In this document: positions 1 through 11,667 of the stretch, in pieces
Numbering within the stretch: the first letter of the stretch is position 1
Layout: every line of letters begins with the position of its first letter
DNA from: Phyllosticta citribraziliensis
Taxonomy: Eukaryota
Assembly (NCBI RefSeq): GCF_038025025.1
Contig: NW_027117344.1
Coordinates: 1,736,001 to 1,800,000 of the forward strand
Length of the DNA: 64,000 bases
Reading direction: 5' to 3'
The notes under the pieces: model-generated
What the model saw: the letters and a program-made list of their open reading frames with translations, nothing else
Database searches by the model: none
Told to the model about the DNA's origin: nothing
Translations under genes and position numbers: made by a program

Positions 1-663
1 ATCTAAGGAGCAGGTCAATATTCCACCAGCCCGCATGCGATTCCAATCCACCCCGTATATTTTGCTCCTGTGTGCCTCGATGGTCCGCAAGGGGTATACA
101 CCTTTGCGTTCGTCCCAAATGCAGAGAAACTTGTCGTGGGCGGAGGCAAGAATGTGCGAGTCCTGCCGATTCCATTTGACTTGGGCGGCCCCACCATCCC
201 ACTGCGCGTAGGAAAAGACTGGTCTATCTGAGGCCCGTAGATCCCACTTGTGCACGAACGTATCCACAGCGCAGGTTGCCAAAATGTCGGGATGGTGTGC
301 GGAGAGATTGATGTCCGTAATGGCCCTGGAGTGCGCGTGGAGGGTGAGCGGAGGCTGCGTCGCATGATTGAGGTCCCAAATCAAAGCCTTTTGGTTTGAA
401 GTGCTCGCGACCAAGCCGTCCCTGCAAGCAAAGGGTGACCACTGGACGTCGGCGACCTCCCACAGCGTACGGTGGGCCAAATGTCGCGGCGGAGAATATG
501 GATTGTCCAAGTCGATGATGTGCAATCCTTCTCGAGAAGCCAGGACAACGTCGCGACTGCTGGGCGACATGGAGGCCGAGCCCACGGGCTCATCGACGCG
601 GATGGAGGCATCGCGGCCAAACGTGGGGCTGTCGAATGGAGAGCTGTCCCCGTGGGACGGCAT
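1..663 (-). CDS. MTC5: WD40-repeat SEA/GATOR2 complex subunit Mtc5/Sea3 (WDR59), 5' part; runs off the window edge
   Basis: Hand translation from ATG 663: MPSHGDSSPFDSPTFGRDASIRVDEPVGSASMSPSSRDVVLASREGLHIIDLDNPYSPPRHLAHRTLWEVADVQWSP...TSNQKALIWDL...LHAHSRAITDINFSAHHPDILATCAVD...QVKWNRQDSHILASAHD. Frame stays open to base 1 and is absent from the ORF track. Confidence 0.9.
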   Translation of the reverse strand, partial: MPSHGDSSPFDSPTFGRDASIRVDEPVGSASMSPSSRDVVLASREGLHIIDLDNPYSPPRHLAHRTLWEVADVQWSPFACRDGLVASTSNQKALIWDLNHATQPPLTLHAHSRAITDINLSAHHPDILATCAVDTFVHKWDLRASDRPVFSYAQWDGGAAQVKWNRQDSHILASAHDKFLCIWDERKGVYPLRTIEAHRSKIYGVDWNRMRAGGILTCSLD

Positions 664-1044
664 CGTTGGATGCGCGGGGAGCTACCCCTCGTGCGCTGCT
701 CATTGATGCGCGAGAAAGGTCATCAGGACGGCGGTGGGTCGGGCGCGGGATCGAAGTTTTCGAGAGAGTTGAGGGAATGGCAGCGGGAAGCTTGAGGCGG
801 GAGAGGTGCCCGGGCAGGTGGGAGGCCGGTGGGTGACGCAGAAGCCGCGGCGTGTGCCGCTTGGCCGATGACGAGCAAACATACATTCGTGCCCCACGAT
901 ACCGTCCCTCTTCAACACCACGCTTCCGCTTCGCACCGGCAAACCCACCTTTCTCCTTGCGCGAATCGGCCCATCAGTCGTGCGCAATACTCTCACGCCT
1001 CTCGACAAAGACCCCCGACAACCCCACCGCCTCTGACGTTCACC

Positions 1045-1773
1045 ATGGCGCTCCCCAAGCGTATTGTGAAGGAGACGGAGCGTCTGATGGCAGAACCGTG
1101 AGTCTCGCCTCCTACCAAGCTCTTGCTTCTTTCGGCGTCACTGTGTTTCTTTCGGCTGACTTGTGGCTTTTCAGGGTTCCCGGCATCAGCGCTGTTCCCC
1201 ACGAAGACAACCTGAGATATTTCGACGTGACGGTCCATGGACCCTCGCAGTCCCCTTACGAAGGTCTGTCCTACGGCCCTGCCGACAATAGACACCGCTG
1301 CGTCACTTGATTCATCTCCACCGTTTTGGAGCCGAGTTACGACCTCTGCCGACATTGTGGCGTTGCAGAGGATAGGACAATCAGAGCTGACTTGTGTGCT
1401 GCTGCCTAGGTGGTGTTTTCAAACTCGAGCTCTTCCTTCCCGACGACTACCCCATGACTCCGCCCAAGGTCCGCTTCCTGACCAAAATCTACCACCCGAA
1501 CATTGACAAGCTTGGTCGTATTTGCCTGGACGTCCTGAAGAGTAAGAAGACACCATACCGCAAGTTCTGCCGCGCGCTTCCTAACCAGTAACAGGCAACT
1601 GGTCCCCCGCTCTCCAGATCCGCACCATCCTTCTCTCTATCCAAGCGCTCCTCGGCGCCCCGAACCCGGACGACCCCCTTGCAAATGATGTCGCTCAGCG
1701 TTGGAAGGAGGACCAGAATGCCGCCATTGCGACGGCACGTGAATGGACGCAGACTTATGCGAAACCCCAATGA
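1045..1773 (+). CDS. UBC13: Ubiquitin-conjugating enzyme E2 Ubc13; exons 1045-1097, 1175-1263, 1410-1541, 1595-1773
   Basis: Spliced product [34 protein letters not shown]...[56 protein letters not shown]. Catalytic HPN...C motif; three GT-AG introns with branch sites. Divergent from MTC5. Confidence 0.97.
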
Positions 1774-2687
1774 TTGAACGGAATACAGCCTAGCGACTGC
1801 GTCGTGGATGGGCAAGAACATCGACTGGATATGCAAGCAGTTTAGGAGGATTCTGACGCGCAGTCGAGCCGGTCGCCGTACGGATTGACGGAGAGCGTTG
1901 AGGCGAAACATGGTATAGATGCATCTTTGTTGGTAGGGCCACAAGGGCGTTTGTGGATTTCGCTGCTTGGAACCTCACATTCAGTTCTTTACCCGGTTGC
2001 GAGTCACTTTTGCACATTTATCTGCTAGACGGACCAGTTGAAAGCTGTCGGAGGTCTTTCCACTACAGTCTTGACAGAAACTTACTTCGCAATTTCAGAG
2101 CTGGACAAGTTTTTTTGAGCCAGTCTTGATCCTTTGACCTGTCCTTTTCAAGTAAAACGCACAACCACCTCTTGTTAACACGACCTCCATCATGGGTTCC
2201 AGCACAATTCGGGCTGTTAACTTGTTGATCCAGGATTGCGTATTCATGGCTCTCACGGCTGTCTTCGGCAACAAAGTGGCTTACGAGTTTGAAGCTTTGT
2301 ACAGGGAGGTCCAAGGCTGGATTGCAAAAGTCGTGGCGCACATAGTAATGATAGTAGGGGCAAGCCAGGGAGTATTCATACGCTTTGACAGACAAATTTT
2401 AGGGAACATTCGAGCCCCAATTGCAAAACCTCAGGATTGTTTGTGCCGCGACTTTTGCTACCAAAGTTTCGATCCCCAGGGCGACTATGTCGTATATGCT
2501 TAGAGGTGAGCTGAGGTGACTACCAAGCAGGATCTACGACTCTGGTCCAAAGTAAACAAAGTAAACAAGCACTGCTCAGACTTGGTAGCGAGCGTGCCTG
2601 CCTGCCCTGTTGACAAATATTCCTGCGCTCAACACGTTTACTCTGCAACTTCCGCCACTTCCACCAACCACGATTCTACCACGTGAG

Positions 2688-4026
2688 ATGCTGGAAACGA
2701 AGCCAGCAGGCCAAAAGTCGCTCCCGCCGGCTGAGCGCCCACAGCGACCTTGCAGCACTTTTGGATCTTCACGCGACGAGATGCACCAAGACGATGCCGA
2801 AGATACTCCCACAGAGGCAGACTCGGAGAGCGAGGACAGCGAGGACAGCGATCACCCGGACAGGCGCAACAGCAGTGAAATTCTGAGCTCATTCGCCAAG
2901 TGGAAGAAATCGCTCAAGAGACGTGCTGCGAACAAGCTCAGTCACGATGATACAGCCGATGGGGAGCTAGCAGAGCTTAATGCAGCGAATTTGGCAGAAT
3001 TGGCGGGAGCTTTGGACGTTGGCAGCGATACCGATGAGGGCAAGAATGAGGGTTCAGAGGCGACATGGAGTCTTGACGAAAATAGACGCCCCATTGCCCG
3101 GCTCACCAAGGTTGGAAAATCTTCGCTTTCTGGATCGAGAGATCGTTTCGAAGCACAAGTTGACCTTTACAGGGCTACGTACGATCCAACGTGTCCGACT
3201 CCGACCATGGCTCTAGGGAGGAGTCTGGCAATGGATCGACAGACGATGGAGATCTTAGTGGCTTCTCAGCTTCGAACGCTTTCCGTGGACTTCAGGACTC
3301 TAAGCCCCCAGATTGCAAGCCGTCAGAGTATGGTTGGACAACCAAGATGGAGTCCTCTCTGGAACCGTTCCCACCTTTTGACTTTGAGTACATTCCTCAA
3401 GGCCATGGTGCCGATGTGGTTGTCTCCGAACACAGCGATGGAACTCGAAGCGAAGGTGGACCCTTGAGAACGGCATCATTTGGCCTCAGCGTTCAGCAGA
3501 GACACCTCAAGCGCGCTGGATTCACCCCGATCCCATACGATGTTGCCATGTCTCGCGCAGCCGAGCTGGCTTTGATTGACAATCCAGACTTGCCTCCCGA
3601 CGAGAGCAAGCACCCGCTCTTCAAGAGGCAGACACTTGAGATTCCCCCGCGAGTTCGGCCTTTCCAGGACACAGCGGCGTGGTCACGCGCTCCAAAGGCC
3701 TATCGCGTGTTGGAGCTTGAAAACAGTGATCTCAAGGACTGTTGTCTGAATGCTTCAACTTGCAATGACTGCAACTACAAGGTCTGCAGAGCCTGCGGCA
3801 GTACATGCGCCCCTAACCCGTGCTGGTGCGTGGTCACGAATTGCTGCAACTGTCCGGTCATTGGTGGGAACGTTTGTCGCTACCACGTCGACAAGTGGGA
3901 GGCAAAGGGAAGACCTGGTCAGTCGCCCTTGTTTTGCAAGCTTTTTGTAACGAGCTAACATCCGTGGCAGCTTCTTTCCACGGCCATCCCATTAGTGAAG
4001 AATCTTACGAGCGCCGCTCAGGTTGA
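2688..4026 (+). CDS. Hypothetical protein with acidic low-complexity N-terminus and Cys-rich C-terminus; exons ~2688-3110, 3173-3917, 3971-4026
   Basis: Introns 3111-3172 (GTTGGA...GTTGAC...TTTACAG) and 3918-3970 (GTCAGT...GCTAAC...GGCAG) join the ORFs 2610-3467, 3191-3958 and 3820-4026 in frame. Start codon uncertain. Confidence 0.65.
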
Positions 4027-4457
4027 AATGGGCGCATATGGCCAGAACGCACCAACGGAATCATCGGCAAAGGCGTAAGAGTGGTTGGATATGGCTCAGG
4101 GCATTCGAAGGCTGGAAAGAATCAAAGTCTTGGTTGTGCTGGAACGACTGCCCGGAGGATGCTTTGTGGTCAGTCTGGCTCTAAATTGAGCAGCGAGAAC
4201 TGGAATTCAGAGAATTGAAATGAACAATCCATTATGGAGTGATGAATTGATGGTGGAAGTGAGGTCACTGATCGCCTTGTCGTCTGTCGAGGCGACCCCC
4301 AGACGCCAAGCCACCGTGCCGGGTCTTCGGCCAATCAGCGGCCGGACCGATTCCCTCCGCGCACAACACCCAAATTTACTATCGACAACCTCACCGTCGA
4401 CCAACTAACGACAGACAGCGACTCTTTGGGTACCGCATCGCCAACAACTCCCTCAAA

Positions 4458-5013
4458 ATGCGGACCTACGACGACACCTTCAGCGGTCAGAAGATCTACC
4501 CTGGCAAGGTGCGTAACCGCCTCCCGACCGGCGTTCGCCACGCTTCACGACTCTCCTGCGCGCCAACGCCGACGACGGTGCTTGCGGCATACAACTGGGC
4601 CCATGGCTGACTTTTCTGGGTGATTGCAGGGCAAGCTCTACGTCCGTGGTGACAGCAAGATCTTCCGCTTCCAGAACGGCAAGTCGGAGAGCCTGTTCCT
4701 CCAGCGCAAGAACCCCCGCCGCATTGCCTGGACCGTCCTCTACAGGAGACAGCACAAGAAGGGTATCTCTGAGGTTAGTCGAATCCGGAACCCAAACGCG
4801 AGCGAGCACGGCAGTTTTTGAAGACACAAATCGATGGGATGCGGTCGCGAAATGAGCGGGATGGGCCATGGGTCGCCCCGCTGCAGCAGTAATTCGACAG
4901 GGCTAATACGTCTCGCCGCATACAGGAGGTCGCCAAGAAGCGCACCCGCCGCACCGTCAAGAACCAGCGCGCCATCGTCGGTGCCTCGCTCGATGTGATC
5001 AAGGAGCGCCGCA

Positions 5014-5045
<32 letters not shown>

Positions 5046-5213
5046 CAGCAGGCCATCAAGGACGCCAAGGACAAGAAGACCGCCAGCGAGAGCCAGAAGA
5101 AGGCTGAGAAGGCCAAGTCCGCCGCCAGCTCCGCCCGCGGCCAGGCCCAGCGCATCCAGAGCAAGCAGGGTGCCAAGGGCGCTGCCCCCAAGGTCCAGGC
5201 CAAGACCCGCTAA
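4458..5213 (+). CDS. RPL24: 60S ribosomal protein L24 (eL24); exons 4458-4508, 4630-4773, 4926-5213
   Basis: [94 protein letters not shown]; strong codon bias; canonical introns. Confidence 0.98.
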
Positions 5214-5682
5214 GAAGGCTGTTGTTGGCCGGTGACGAGGGATTGGTGCTCGGTGTTGCTTTTCTGAAGGTTGCCTCCAAAAGACTCTACCACGGACGGA
5301 ATGGGACGATTTTGAGGTTTTGAGCTTCGGACTGGCTGGGGTTTTCAGTGCCGGAATTGTGACATAGGGTCAGGCATTTTCACGGCAAACAATAAAGTTC
5401 ACGTCCTCACGCCCGCCCGTTCACTGAGCTGTCTGCGCGGCCTCAAAAATCCGGCAGCTTCTCGTCTGGTGATAGGCAGTCCCCCAGATTAAAAGAATAC
5501 CCAAGGATTTCAACACTTCAACCACAATCTCTCATGCGTCTGGACCTTGTGAGAAATGGGAATGTACAGGATTGGGCATTATTCACTCGGCCTTCTTACG
5601 CCACTAATTACTGACTTCCAATATCGGCCTTTGAAACAGCGCGTCAACTCATAACCGTTCCGCCTACTTCGTCGCCATTGTC

Positions 5683-6249
5683 TTAATAAGTCAGAGTCTT
5701 TCCTGGGTTCCCGCAGGTATAGCTGTATGATTGGAACCCCAAGGAACAAGGTTGGCATTCATGCCAAGGCGCGGATGATTTAGTATTTTTTGAGCAAATC
5801 TCTTCTTCGGTGGTGTCGACTGATTGAGCATTTTGCGAGCAGTTCTCGTCAGTGTAAACTGAGACTACAGGTTGGCGAAAGTCAGTAAGTCATTCTTCTT
5901 GGCGGCTTCTCCCGCGCGTTTCGTACATGACTTTCTCGAGTGTAGTGCGTATCTCCTTTGGAATGATAGCTTGCGGGTTCAACATACAGCTGCACTGATC
6001 CTTATCTCTCTGGAACTGCGTGTATACGCTGTACACGGTTTTTTCGAATTGGTAGCATTCCGAGTCTTTGGTATTCGCCTGGATGAGACCCTGCTCTGAT
6101 AACTGCGGCGCACAATTTGTGTTGCAGTAGCCGTAGAGCTGCGCCAGAACGCCGGCTCGAGCCGGTTGACAAAAGCTTCCGAGGAGGACGAGGAGGCCAA
6201 CAAAGACGAGCAAGCCCGGCGAGGCATTCGATTGTGAGCTCCGCATCAT
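5683..6249 (-). CDS. Small secreted cysteine-rich protein (~147 aa); exons 6249-5988, 5864-5683
   Basis: Signal-peptide-like GLLVFVGLLVLLGSFCQPARA. Intron 5987-5865 (GTATGT...ACTGAC...CTGTAG) extends the frame to ...QCSFSVYTDENCSQNAQSVDTTEEEICSKNTKSSAPWHECQPCSLGFQSYSYTCGNPGKTLTY*. Confidence 0.8.
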
Positions 6250-9200
6250 CGCTGCTCCTGGTTGTGTTGGTGGTCAAGTTGCGATGTGGCGAGAGGCAAG
6301 AGGTAAGCAACAAGATAAGGAAAGAAGGTTATTCTCAAGCCAAATATATATCATGGCATGGCAGAAATCAACCGGATGCTTAACGTTGCAGCAAAGGGGT
6401 GGCAGAGCAAGCTCATCCCATGGACGGCAAGGATTCGAACACGAAGCCAGACGCGATTTTGCAGGATTTTTTTTGCCCCGTCCTGTCTTTCCTTTTTTTC
6501 CTTTTGCTTCTCCTGCTCATTTTCTTTGTGGTGGAAACGACCTGCTTGAAGAGGCCGGATCGTGGCGCATCCCTCGTCGCGTCGTTCAGCTGAACACAGG
6601 CCCTTTCAGTCAGGAAAGACACGGAGAGCGTTGTCCTAGCCAAGCATCGCGGGCCGCGTGGGCTAGGTGCTCTTCCGCCGGCTCCTTCGCTCGTCCATCA
6701 GCCTAATAAGGCTAACTGTCTTGTTTCTCGGTGGCTGCTGATCGCACCGGACGGGGCTTGGCGCGGGACGTTTCGATGCTCGTGTATTGATTTTTTGACT
6801 TTTCAGTGGGAGAGATAATTTTGGGACGGGTGCGGGCGGATTTCCCGTGTGGGATGATTGCGTGCGGTTCCTGTTGATCAACAACGACGTCAACAATCCT
6901 CCCTGTCACCACGCGCTAAATTATCTTTGATACTACACCTAGGGAGACTCACGGTTACATTGATGTCGCCTCCATCATCTTGAGATAAGATGCCGTTGGC
7001 AATGCTCCGCGCTGCTCCGGATCAGATGCACGTAGGAGAGACCGTCACGCCGTTCCGCTTCCCCGGATGATGAAGGATGCATGGCACCTGTCTCAGTCGT
7101 CCTGAAGTCATCACTCAGTCTTCTGAGATGGTCATTGCTAGCGTCGCAAAAAACACTGTCCCGGCAAATCTTTCAGCAGCGCACTGTCTCAGCTGCCTTT
7201 CGAAGATATTCTCTGCCTTCTGGGACAGGCACGATTGCACAGAGGGGAGTGTTTGTTGAGCTGGACCAGAAAGATTCGACGCATGAATCGCGTGCGACGG
7301 TAGCGTTGCATCTTGCATGTCGTAGGGGCGTAATTCCTGTCAGGTATCAGTCAAAAAGCGCCTGACAAAGCCTTGCTGTTTGGTGCATCAGAGGCGACGG
7401 CGTGAGCAAAAGAGAAAAGTCTCACCAAACTCAAAAGCGTCCTTCCCGCAGATCACAGAGAGCCCCTTGACTGAGCCCTATGTCGCTCTGAGACCATGTT
7501 TCGGAGACCCTACCGCAACAGGCACGTCCATCGTCCGCTCGCCATCGTCTGGAATGCTGCCTAGCTGCCTGCTTGATCGTTGTGTGTTTTGCACCTGTTT
7601 GCGCAGCGCTTGTGGGCGTTGGTACCACGCACGTAGCCCTTCGGTTCATCCTTCTGGACGGGTACTTCGTGTCTCTACAGTCTTACAGGCAGAAGACGAG
7701 TCCGTGAGTGGCAGTGTTTGGTTCGGAAGTCAACCAAAATTCGAAATCGGATTGGGGTCTCGTCTGGTTTGGTACCGGTGCGACAGTGAGAGGAGGCAAC
7801 CGCTCAGCCGTTGTGTAGCATCCAGGATTGTCGTTTCTCCAACGTCCTTTTGTATTACCCAACTGGCTCTAGGCCGCAGCTGAGGATCATTCTCAATGCT
7901 CCCAGTGTGCAAAAGCTTTGGCACCTGTGGGTTGTGTCGAGCTTGCCCTTCATTATGAGGGACTGGCAACACCCTCTCAGCTGGTTGGTTTCGTTTGTGC
8001 AATGGCCACGCGGGCTTGCACCAGAACGTTTCCTTCTTGTGAAATGGAAATTCGTGCGAACTCATCGTATGTCTGAAGCCATGTTGTTAGCATCCGCGCT
8101 ATTTCAAACCTGCTTGCATCTGGATGGGGTTCACAGATGGACCTGGGATCTTTCGATTCGGGCTTCTGAACATACGAACATCAGATGTGAGCATTGTCAG
8201 ACCAGACTTCTTTTTCTTCATGTCCCTGAGCGTCGAGATTGATCGTCACGTCAGTGGTGGGCAGAAACAAAAGATAGAAGTTGTATTTTGCGGTTCGAAA
8301 AGTCTTCGAGATAATCCGTGAGACGAAAGCCTTAATTTGACTGCCGGCTGTTTAAAATATCCAATTGTGTAGACTTATCTTTGAGCATATTAACAATGAC
8401 AAGCTCATCGGACTCGGAAAGTGAAACCCCCCCTTATCCTCAACTCAGGACACGCTCGGGATGCATACACATACTGATTATTATTTTCTTATGCTACAGA
8501 GCTGTTGTTGCGTTTGGCCAGCTTCAGAATGCCTAAAGAACCCCTTAATTGCAAGAAGTGAGGCAATCAAGCTGTCATGGTGAATCTTAGTCCAATTTCT
8601 TTCTACGGAAGGTAAAGATCCACGACTCAGAGGCCTTTCCCGGTCCATCCATTTGTCCCGACATACACGCGACAGCGCCAACTCAGGTCTGAAGCAGCAG
8701 AATAGATAGCATGTAACGCAGCTGGGAGAACAATCGCGATGGACTCCCTCTGTGTTGCCCCTGGGTATTCTAGCACTGCTTGTACATGTGGTCGAATTAC
8801 TTCGCCAAAATCCGCGTCATACGTGAATACCGCAGACATCCGTTGCAAGGACTTCAATAGCTTGACCTGTCTTCCCATTCCCATCACGCGCCCTGTGCCG
8901 CTCTTCTGCAGCACACCCATCAGGATATACCGGCATCACAGTACGGACAGACGGACAAGCGAGCTAGGCAATCCTTCCTCGTCCCCCATTCACACATCCA
9001 CTGCTCACTCCCGGCCTCTCTCGCAAGCTTCGCCCACAGCGGCGCATTGGTCGTTCCGTCTGTCACCTCGCGGCACCACAGCACCTCTGCGTGCCTTACT
9101 CGCTGCACGCCCGTCAGCGCCACCGCAGCCGTCGCCGTTGCCGTTGGGACTGCCCAGCCCCCTTCAAGCCCCGTCAAGCACCCCCTTCCAAGCCCCAGCC

Positions 9201-9941
9201 AGCGGGAACGCGGCGGTGGCCATCATCTCGTATCGGCCGGCGCCAAAGACGGCAGACAAGCACATGGACAAGCAAGCAAGCATGTAAGCTAGCTGGCAAG
9301 TGTGACCAGACAGACAGACATAACGCGGTGGTGGTGGCGTGTGTGAGCGGCAGAAGCCGCGGAAAGATCCTCTCCTCTCCCGTTCGCCATGATGACCCCT
9401 TTCTGCATAGCGGCGTTGTCGGTTGGTTCTGGGCCAGTTTTTGCCTTAGGCTCAGACTTTCATGCTGCTTGAGATGCTCGCTAATTGGCTTGCATGCATG
9501 CTGTGAGGGAAATAGGAGCGTTTACTGCGGCAAAGTGATTGTATTACATCTCTCCCGTGGTGTCATGGCTCGATGGCGCCGATGTCTTTATACTCTGTGT
9601 AATAGAGAGATAGAGACAGAGTTTGCAGAGTGGACAAAGAGGGAAAATTTCAAGTCAATGCAGATGCAGATGCAGAGCCAGACTCAGGCTTACGCGGCAT
9701 GGGATAGACAGGCGGGTTGATGGAAGCGTGATTGCGAGGAGGACATGCAAGTTGTTGTGTCACTGACTGCCGGGAGTGATATGGTAGAGCGCGGGTGAAG
9801 ATGTCGAGAGCACCCCAAAGTCACGATCGCTTGCTGCGGGAAGTGATAATCAGTCTGCTACTCATATGGTTAGTGCAGTGGCGGAAGACGGCTTGACCTG
9901 TTGGCTTACTGGGACAGTGAAGGTGTTGCTTTCTTAGCAAA

Positions 9942-9968
9942 CCCCCCCCCCCCCCCCCCCCCCCCCCC
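9942..9968. repeat. Poly-C/poly-G homopolymer (~27 nt)
   Basis: Uninterrupted C run seen directly. Confidence 0.95.
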
Positions 9969-11636
9969 TCCCCCTTTGGTGTGGGAGAGACAGGGCGCGT
10001 GGAGATCCTCGCTGTCGAATTCTCGTACTTACCAGCCGTTGCGGGGAGTGAGACATGAGAGTGATTGAGGAGAACTCTGCGACCAACTGACAACTCTAGT
10101 ACATGCGCAATTTCGGAGCTGCGGTCGCAAGTCTCTCGCCGGGCCTGTTTCTCCACCAGAGTCAAAGCCGCTGCCGGAATAGAGGTAACTTTGTTGAAGC
10201 CCACGCCCAAGACAGGAGCAATCCCGCGATGCTTGGAGAGCATAATTCCGAGCGATTGGATGTGTCCGCGCCTACAGTGTGGTATTAAGCCACGTGGAGT
10301 CGTATTCGGGTGACGAGCATGATCGAGAGGGTTAGAACGCTGGCTGGCGTCTGCATTGTGCCTTTTGAACAGCAGCACGTATTACCGGAGGTGTCCCTTC
10401 CGTAAAGGTAGTGCACAATGGCGAAAGCAGTCGGTGTTGACATTTACCCGCTGCCTCTCTGCTCCTGCCCTGCTTGCCTGGGGCCGCGCACTCAACCACG
10501 CGGCAAGCAGGGGGCAGAGGCTAGTCAGTCAGCGAGTCGACAAGGCCATCATCTGTCACCGGTCAATTATTAGAGTCAGTCAATCAGACAATCACGTCCG
10601 GGGGCCAGCTCCACCTTCACATACGCCGACAAGGCCCGCAAACAAGCCGTGCGGAGCATGCCATGCAGGGCGGGCTTGTTCGTATGCCCCTGCCCACTGT
10701 CGATGGTCCATTCTGGCACCTGCTGGTCTGGGATAGTTTCGTCAACAAGTTAGGAACCCCAGGCCCGCGCACCTGCGACACAGCGAAGCGTAGAGAAGCG
10801 AGACCGAGAGGGACGACCTGACCACGACCACACCATGGACCTCGGCGGCCCCTGCTTCCCCTTCAGTGCGCTCTGTTCATCCAGGCATGCCATGCCATTC
10901 TGTACCTTGTAGAATGTGAGTGGAGCACCGGTGAAGACATTGAAGTGTGCTTCCGTTGTTTCGAGCAGGGAATAGACGGCCACGAGACAAGAAGCGTTTT
11001 TCCATGTCCTGGCCGCCATGCGACGAGCTTGTCCGCTGACCCCCTGCCCCTGTCTTTCAGAAGCCCCCAGATGGCGGCGGGTAATGCGCCAAGTGCAAAT
11101 CGACGGTGCGGACAGGAGTCACCAGTGGTCGGGGCATGATTTGAAAGGAGCATTGGATTCCATAGAACTGACGGAAAAGGTGGTCCGACGATTCAAAGAC
11201 ATCTCAGGGTCCTCTGGCGTTTTTTGGCCGCTGATGCGCGGTAGGGGTGATATAGTGTTTGGGTTTGGGTTACGGTTTTCTTACTAAGGTAGAGTGGTCT
11301 GTAGAGGAAAGAGAGAGAATTCAAAGACGTGTTTCCAGAGTGGTCAGGTTTGAGAGTTCAAACGTGATGGCGTCTAATGGCGCCTTGCAATTGGCAAAGC
11401 ATCTCGCGTGAGTTTGTCTCCGCGTGGTGTATGCTTGGACAAACCGCATCAATGGAGCCGCGTCCCTGACGATGCGGCATCCTCGCCGCGGCGTGAATCG
11501 CCATAGCTTCAGGTACGATCTTGGGCGCGAGACGGATTACGGCTTGAGCCTCGGCCGAGCTCTTCTCGTAGCGCTTGATTGCACCTGTTCCTACCACCGA
11601 CTGCCAGTGTGACAGCAAGTCTATTGGTAGTTTCTC

Positions 11637-11667
<31 letters not shown>

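Noticed and set aside
2063..2503. Overlapping ~100-aa ORFs on both strands downstream of UBC13
   Set aside because: No recognisable motif or convincing splice model; the minus-strand ORF lacks an ATG start.
7811..8920. Lower-GC stretch with short ORFs that could be a gene relic or transposon fragment
   Set aside because: No transposase or reverse-transcriptase motifs, terminal repeats or identifiable protein similarity.
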